DNA from: Acidobacterium sp. S8
Lineage (GTDB): Bacteria; Acidobacteriota; Terriglobia; Terriglobales; Acidobacteriaceae
Direction: 5' to 3'
NCBI RefSeq assembly: GCF_009765985.1
Contig: NZ_LMUM01000037.1
Location: 572,960-604,912 of the forward strand
DNA: 31,953 nucleotides
Each line of letters starts with the position of its first letter. Position 1 is the first letter of the stretch. This document shows positions 27,380-31,953 of this stretch, piece by piece. Position numbers and translations under genes: made by a program. The notes under the pieces were generated by a model that was given only the letters and a program-made list of their open reading frames with translations, made no database searches and had not been told where the DNA came from.

Positions 27380-28648
27380 TCAGTTGCTCCCGCCCGCTTC
27401 CGCGGCTGGAACGTAGGGCTTGGCATTGACGGGGATGCCTTCCTTTGCCAGTTGGGGCGCAGCGGCAGCGAACATTTGTACCCTCTCCGTGCCTTCAACC
27501 ACAACTCGCTCGTCGGGTTTTAATCCTTCGGTGATGATCCAATTCGGCCCTACGCGATCTCCCACCTTGACGGGTCGAAACACCGCCTTGTTATCAGGCG
27601 TGACCACAATAAGCATGTACTGCGATTGCACTTCGATTACGGCCGGCTGCGGAACCAGCAATGCATTCTCGCTATCACCTATCTTGATCCGGATGCGGCC
27701 AAAGCCACCCGGACGAAGAGTAGCGCCTTTGTTGGGAAACTCGGCGGCCATCTGGATGGTGCCCGTTCCTGTACCGACCTGCCGGTTCACATAGATGATC
27801 CTTCCCTTCTCGGGATAAGGAACGTCGTTAGACTGGATGAACTCAACCGGCATAGGCGGACGCGAACCGCTGCCGAGCTTTCCAGTAATGTAGGCCGTTA
27901 CTTTTGGAGCAAATTTTAGAAAAAGGCTTTCGCTGGGATTGAAGTATGCCCAGATTGGATTTACCTGCGAAATGGTCACCATCTTCGTGCCGGTTCCAAC
28001 CAGGTCGCCGATCTGGGAACTCGATACTCCGGCGATACCTTCAATGGGGGAGTAGACTTTTGTCCAGGTAAGATTCAGCTCCGCATTCGCCAGGCTAGCC
28101 TTCGCGGCTTGCACCTGCGACTTCATGGCTTCCTGGTTGGTCAGATCGGTATCGAGGTCCCTCTGCGCGATCGCTCTTTGAGCTGCCAGAGGAGTATCGC
28201 GTTGGACATCGTTGCTGGCCTTGGCGAGATTGGCTTCGGCGATGCCTACCTGCGCTTTGGCCTGTTCCACCGCGGCCTCGTACTGTCGCGGGTCGAGCGT
28301 AAATAGAAGCTCACCTTTCTTGACGAAGAATCCGTTCTGATAATTCTGCTGCAGCAGGTAGCCCTGCACTTTGGGAGTGATATCGACATTCACGGGGCCG
28401 TTCAGCTGTGAGACCCACTCGCCATAATTCGGAACATTCTGCTGGATGACTGTCGCCACCTGGACTTCGGGAGGAGTTGCCTTGGGAAGTTCCGGCTCCT
28501 TTGCACAGCCGACGAGCGTCACGAATATGAATGCTCCGAGGGTGACTAAACTCCAGAGCGCATTCTCCGCCAAAGGGATTGCGGTCTCAAGTTGTTTCGA
28601 ATCTGCCGTGTATAGCCCATTCAGTTGAGATTCGCGCTTGGTCTGCAT
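27380..28648 (-). CDS. RND efflux periplasmic adaptor (membrane fusion protein, AcrA/MexA-like)
   Basis: Start set at ATG 28648 with GAGGAG 8 nt upstream (28654 is GTG). TM/lipobox-like VTLVGC. Has the alpha-hairpin (AAVEQAKAQV...ANLAKA..., AKASLANAELNL), lipoyl and beta-barrel blocks (YSPIEGIAG). Its stop is 2 nt before the pump ATG. Confidence 0.9.
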   Translation of the reverse strand: MQTKRESQLNGLYTADSKQLETAIPLAENALWSLVTLGAFIFVTLVGCAKEPELPKATPPEVQVATVIQQNVPNYGEWVSQLNGPVNVDITPKVQGYLLQQNYQNGFFVKKGELLFTLDPRQYEAAVEQAKAQVGIAEANLAKASNDVQRDTPLAAQRAIAQRDLDTDLTNQEAMKSQVQAAKASLANAELNLTWTKVYSPIEGIAGVSSSQIGDLVGTGTKMVTISQVNPIWAYFNPSESLFLKFAPKVTAYITGKLGSGSRPPMPVEFIQSNDVPYPEKGRIIYVNRQVGTGTGTIQMAAEFPNKGATLRPGGFGRIRIKIGDSENALLVPQPAVIEVQSQYMLIVVTPDNKAVFRPVKVGDRVGPNWIITEGLKPDERVVVEGTERVQMFAAAAPQLAKEGIPVNAKPYVPAAEAGGSN

Positions 28649-29095
28649 TGACACACTCCTCGTTGACCTGCTCCCGAGGATGCCGAACCTATGCAGAGGT
28701 TTCCTTCACGCATGGCAAGTTCGACAATTCAGGAGATAGCCACCAAACGGCTGCCTACGCAGCTAAGGTATGCTGGTACGCCGTCATAGCAAACTGGCAG
28801 AAATGACAGTCTGCGCGTCCGACTGTCAGTCGACAACTTAAATGTTGCGTGTTATTTGAGCATTTTTCGGGCTGACTTTCGTAGGGGACAAGCGTTCAGG
28901 CTGAGATTCATGTCAACCATCGTGAACGCAGTCGCCCCGAGCATTCGGTACATTTGATATGCCCGTGCTATACAAATGAAGTCGAACGATATTCTCTTCT
29001 TCCGACCAAGCAGAGCCGCCAGAAGCGCTAACGTAGCCATAGCTATGGCATCAGCCCTTGCTCACGATGGCTTTTATCGCTAAGAATATTTTGTC

Positions 29096-30307
29096 TTAGC
29101 GGGTGGCACACGCCAGCACTTTTGTTAAGGCGCCGGCCGTGTCCTCCATGTCGCGTTCTCTGAGAGTGGGATGGACTAGAAACATCAGCGCGGTTTCACC
29201 CAACTCTTTGGCGACAGGAAGCCTTTCGATTGGCCGAAGGTCCGCAGGAAAAGCTCGTTCCAGGTATATCTCGCTGCAACTCCCAACAAAACAAGGTACG
29301 CCTTCCGCATTGACAGCATCCACTATCCGCTGCCGACTCCAGTCCTCACGTAAGTATTCTGGCCGCAGGAAAACATAATATTTGTAAAACGAGTGCGTCA
29401 GATGATCGGGCGGCGTAATTACGCGGAGGGCCGGGATCTGGGAGAAACGCTCCGTCAATATCGTAGCCAGTTTTTGCCTCGTCAGAATGGACTGAGGAAG
29501 CTTGCGCAACATCACACGGCCCATGGCGCTCTGCAGTTCCGTCATTCGCCAGTTGCTGCCAAAGCTTTCGTGCAGCCATCGATATCCAGGCGGATGATAC
29601 CGATGATATACAGCCTCATAGCTCTTGCCATGATCTTTGAATGCCCACGCGTGGGACCAAAGATCAGAATCGTTCGTCGTCAGCATGCCGCCTTCGCCGC
29701 CGGTGGTCATGACCTTGTCCTGGCAGAACGAGAACGCATTTGCGTCGCCCATGGAACCTACGGGGCGCCCTTTGTAAGTAGCTCCGGGTGCTTGTGCGCA
29801 GTCTTCAACGATCTTTAGGCGATATTCGCGAGCAAGATCGAGAATCGGATCCATATCGCACGGCCATCCCGCAAGGTGCACGGTGACAATAGCGCGAGTG
29901 CGCGGGCTGAGAACAGGCCGAATGGTATCGGCTGTGATATTTTGCGAATCGCGGTCGACATCGGCGATCACCGGCTTTGCTCCGCGCATGACGGCACAAC
30001 TGGCGGAGGCAATAAATGTACGACTGGGAACGACGACTTCATCCCCGGGACCTATGCCGAGTGCCTGCAATGCAAGTTCCAGCGCAACGGTGCCGTTGGC
30101 CACCGCAATTGCATGCTTACACCCTGTAAAGGCAGAGAACTCCGCTTCGAATTGCCTGCCTTCGTCTCCGGTCCAGTAATTGACTCTGCCTGATTCGAGA
30201 ACATGTGTAGCTGCAGCTATCTCTTCCGGAGTGAAGGATGGCCACGGAGCAAATGGATTTTTGCGAAGAGGTTCGCCACCTTCGATTGCCAATTGAGTTT
30301 CAGTCAA
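29096..30307 (-). CDS. DegT/DnrJ/EryC1/StrS-family PLP-dependent sugar aminotransferase
   Basis: Family blocks GDEVVVPSRTFIASA, DCAQAPGATYKG and FSFCQDKVMTTGGEGG (PLP lysine). 30307 is a TTG and there is no nearby ATG, so the start is uncertain. Confidence 0.88.
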   Translation of the reverse strand: MTETQLAIEGGEPLRKNPFAPWPSFTPEEIAAATHVLESGRVNYWTGDEGRQFEAEFSAFTGCKHAIAVANGTVALELALQALGIGPGDEVVVPSRTFIASASCAVMRGAKPVIADVDRDSQNITADTIRPVLSPRTRAIVTVHLAGWPCDMDPILDLAREYRLKIVEDCAQAPGATYKGRPVGSMGDANAFSFCQDKVMTTGGEGGMLTTNDSDLWSHAWAFKDHGKSYEAVYHRYHPPGYRWLHESFGSNWRMTELQSAMGRVMLRKLPQSILTRQKLATILTERFSQIPALRVITPPDHLTHSFYKYYVFLRPEYLREDWSRQRIVDAVNAEGVPCFVGSCSEIYLERAFPADLRPIERLPVAKELGETALMFLVHPTLRERDMEDTAGALTKVLACATR

Positions 30308-30449
30308 AATATTTTATGGATTACCTCCGACATCGCGACGGAAGAAGGTCTGACAACTCTTTAGTTAAAAAATAATCACCATTTCATCAGTACACGCCAG
30401 TAGCTCCAACTGGCGCGATTCTAGCGAAGGCATAATCAAAGGGACGCAT

Positions 30450-31953
30450 TCATCGTTCCTTTGAAGGACTCATACCCCTGCCCATTCTGATGGCAACGTG
30501 CTCAAGATTCTTCTCATTAAGTTGATCGGCGGTAAAAGCTCCGTTTGCTTGGATGATCCGGGCGATGCAGCCTGTCCAACCCGTTTGATGGCTCGCGCCG
30601 ATACCGGCGCCGTTGTCGCCATGGAAGTACTCGTAGAAAAGGATGTTTTCTCGCCAATGGGGATCAGTCTGGAATTTTTCTGTCCCTCCAAACACAGGCC
30701 TGCGCCCGGCACTGTCCTTGACAAATGTGCCAATGAGCCGTTCAGCTAACTCCTGGGCGGCCTCGAACAAAGTCAGGAGTTTTCCCGAACCGGTCGGGCA
30801 CTCCACCTTGAACGAGTCGCCGTAATAGGCACCCAACCGTAGGAGGGAGAGATAGAGCAGGAAGTTCACCGGCATCCAGACTGGCCCCCTCCAGTTGGAA
30901 TTCCCGCCGAACATCCCGCTGTCCGAGTCGCCTGGCAGGTAGGAAACGCGATACTCCTGGCCGCTAAGGCCGAAAACGAAGGGGTGGTCGAGGTGATAAC
31001 GCGAGAGCGCGCGGATGCCATGCGGACCGAAGAATTCATTTTCGTCGAGCATTCTCGCCAGAATGCGGCGCAGCTTGTCTTCGTTCACAGTAGCGAGCAT
31101 GCGCCTGCCTGCGAGACCCGGGGTGCTTGGCATATGAAGGTTCGCTTGCAGTTCGGGATGGCGTTCCATAAATTCCCGGATACGTTTCCTGGCTGTCGGT
31201 AACTTCTCGAGAACGTCTTCCTCAAAGATCGCGACCGCGGCCAGCGGCAAAAGACCGACCATGGATCGCACTTTTAGGCGGACGGCCTGACCATTGGGTA
31301 AACGAAGCACGTCATAGAAGAAACCATCCTCTTCGTCCCACATCTTATCTTGACACTCGCCCATGCGGTCCATCGCTCCTGCGATCCACATGGTGTGCTC
31401 GAAGAACTTGCTGACGAATTCCTCGAAGGCCGGGAAATGCAGCGCGAGTTCTACCGCAATACGCAGCATCTGCTGACTGAAGAACACCATCCATGCAGTC
31501 CCGTCCGCCTGTTCCAGATATCCGCCTGTGGGCAGCGGCGAGCTGCGGTCGAACACACCAATATTGTCCAGACCAAGGAAACCGCCCTCGAATACATTGT
31601 TTCCCGAACGGTCCTTGCGGTTGAGCCACCAGGTGAAGTTGACTAACAGTTTGGAGAATGCGTAGACGAGGAACTGGAGGTCTCCCTCACCATTGTTTCG
31701 CTCCTTGTCCGTCAGGTAAATCTGCATGGTGGCGTATGCATGCACTGGCGGATTGACATCGCTGAAATTCCACTCGTAGGCAGGCATCTGCCCGTTGGGG
31801 TGAAGATAATCGTTGCGGAGTATCAGGTCGAGTTGCGACTTCGCAAAATCTGAGTCCACCTGTTGGAACGCCAGCATGTGAAACGCGAGATCCCATGCTG
31901 CATACCAGGGGTACTCCCACTTGTCCGGCATGGAGATGATGTCGTCATTGTCC
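30450..31953 (-). CDS. GH63-like (alpha/alpha)6-barrel glycoside hydrolase (MGH1-like glucosidase), 5' end outside the window
   Basis: The frame stays open to the window edge (..DNDDIISMPDKWEYPWYAAWD). Motifs YPWYAAWDLAF, NSNWRGPVWMPVNFLL and GASHQTGWTG resemble GH63 / glucosylglycerate-mannosylglycerate hydrolase-like enzymes. The family call is from memory only. Confidence 0.65.
   Translation of the reverse strand, partial: DNDDIISMPDKWEYPWYAAWDLAFHMLAFQQVDSDFAKSQLDLILRNDYLHPNGQMPAYEWNFSDVNPPVHAYATMQIYLTDKERNNGEGDLQFLVYAFSKLLVNFTWWLNRKDRSGNNVFEGGFLGLDNIGVFDRSSPLPTGGYLEQADGTAWMVFFSQQMLRIAVELALHFPAFEEFVSKFFEHTMWIAGAMDRMGECQDKMWDEEDGFFYDVLRLPNGQAVRLKVRSMVGLLPLAAVAIFEEDVLEKLPTARKRIREFMERHPELQANLHMPSTPGLAGRRMLATVNEDKLRRILARMLDENEFFGPHGIRALSRYHLDHPFVFGLSGQEYRVSYLPGDSDSGMFGGNSNWRGPVWMPVNFLLYLSLLRLGAYYGDSFKVECPTGSGKLLTLFEAAQELAERLIGTFVKDSAGRRPVFGGTEKFQTDPHWRENILFYEYFHGDNGAGIGASHQTGWTGCIARIIQANGAFTADQLNEKNLEHVAIRMGRGMSPSKER

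Noticed and set aside
28852-29040. 62-aa minus-strand ORF between the DegT gene and the RND operon.
   Set aside because: It is short, has no SD and no recognisable motif, and sits in a putative promoter region. This is insufficient to call.
29078-29101. Perfect 8-bp hairpin CGCTAAGA-atattttg-TCTTAGCG that encloses the DegT stop codon; considered as an intrinsic terminator.
   Set aside because: On the coding (minus) strand the stem is followed by AUAAAAG rather than a U-tract, and the stem is AT-rich. That is not convincing for a terminator.
1-31953. A scan for CRISPR arrays, IS elements, transposases, integrases, phage genes, rRNA, or additional in-frame-TGA split ORFs that would indicate more selenoproteins.
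   Set aside because: I noticed no regularly spaced direct repeats, terminal inverted repeats with a transposase ORF, or recombinase motifs. The only convincing same-frame split at TGA is fdnG.

Overview
This looks like a chromosomal window from a moderately GC-rich Gram-negative bacterium. The gene content resembles Acidobacteriota, but that is only an impression and was not computed. I can support six blocks. (1) 495-3734: two paralogous SYLF/Ysc84-like secreted proteins flank an outer-membrane porin that has a Cys-rich DUF3011-like N-domain. (2) 3845-14045: a complete selenocysteine module. selB, selA and selD lie on the minus strand. tRNA-Sec (selC) and a Tat-exported FDH-N type formate dehydrogenase operon (fdnG-H-I plus fdhE) lie on the plus strand. 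The ORF track splits fdnG at an in-frame UGA (9176-9178), which I read as selenocysteine; a SECIS-like hairpin follows it directly. (3) 14046-16507: a small stretch that looks more AT-rich by eye. It carries an HD(RelA/SpoT-type hydrolase)-CBS protein whose reading frame continues, across a single in-frame TAG, into a HEPN-like (Rx4H) domain. It also holds an orphan 108-aa ORF and about 670 nt of structured non-coding DNA. This is the best candidate for something undescribed. (4) 16508-20733, minus strand: an Mla/Mce-type lipid ABC transporter (MlaE, MlaF, MCE protein, PqiC-like lipoprotein) preceded by a STAS protein and an RsbW-like kinase. (5) 21232-22596: nhaA. (6) 22795-28648, minus strand: a tripartite RND efflux operon (MFP, RND pump, NodT-type OMF), followed by a DegT-family aminotransferase and a 5'-truncated GH63-like glycoside hydrolase. 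I saw no CRISPR array, transposase, integrase or rRNA. All family assignments come from motif recognition by eye; no searches were run.
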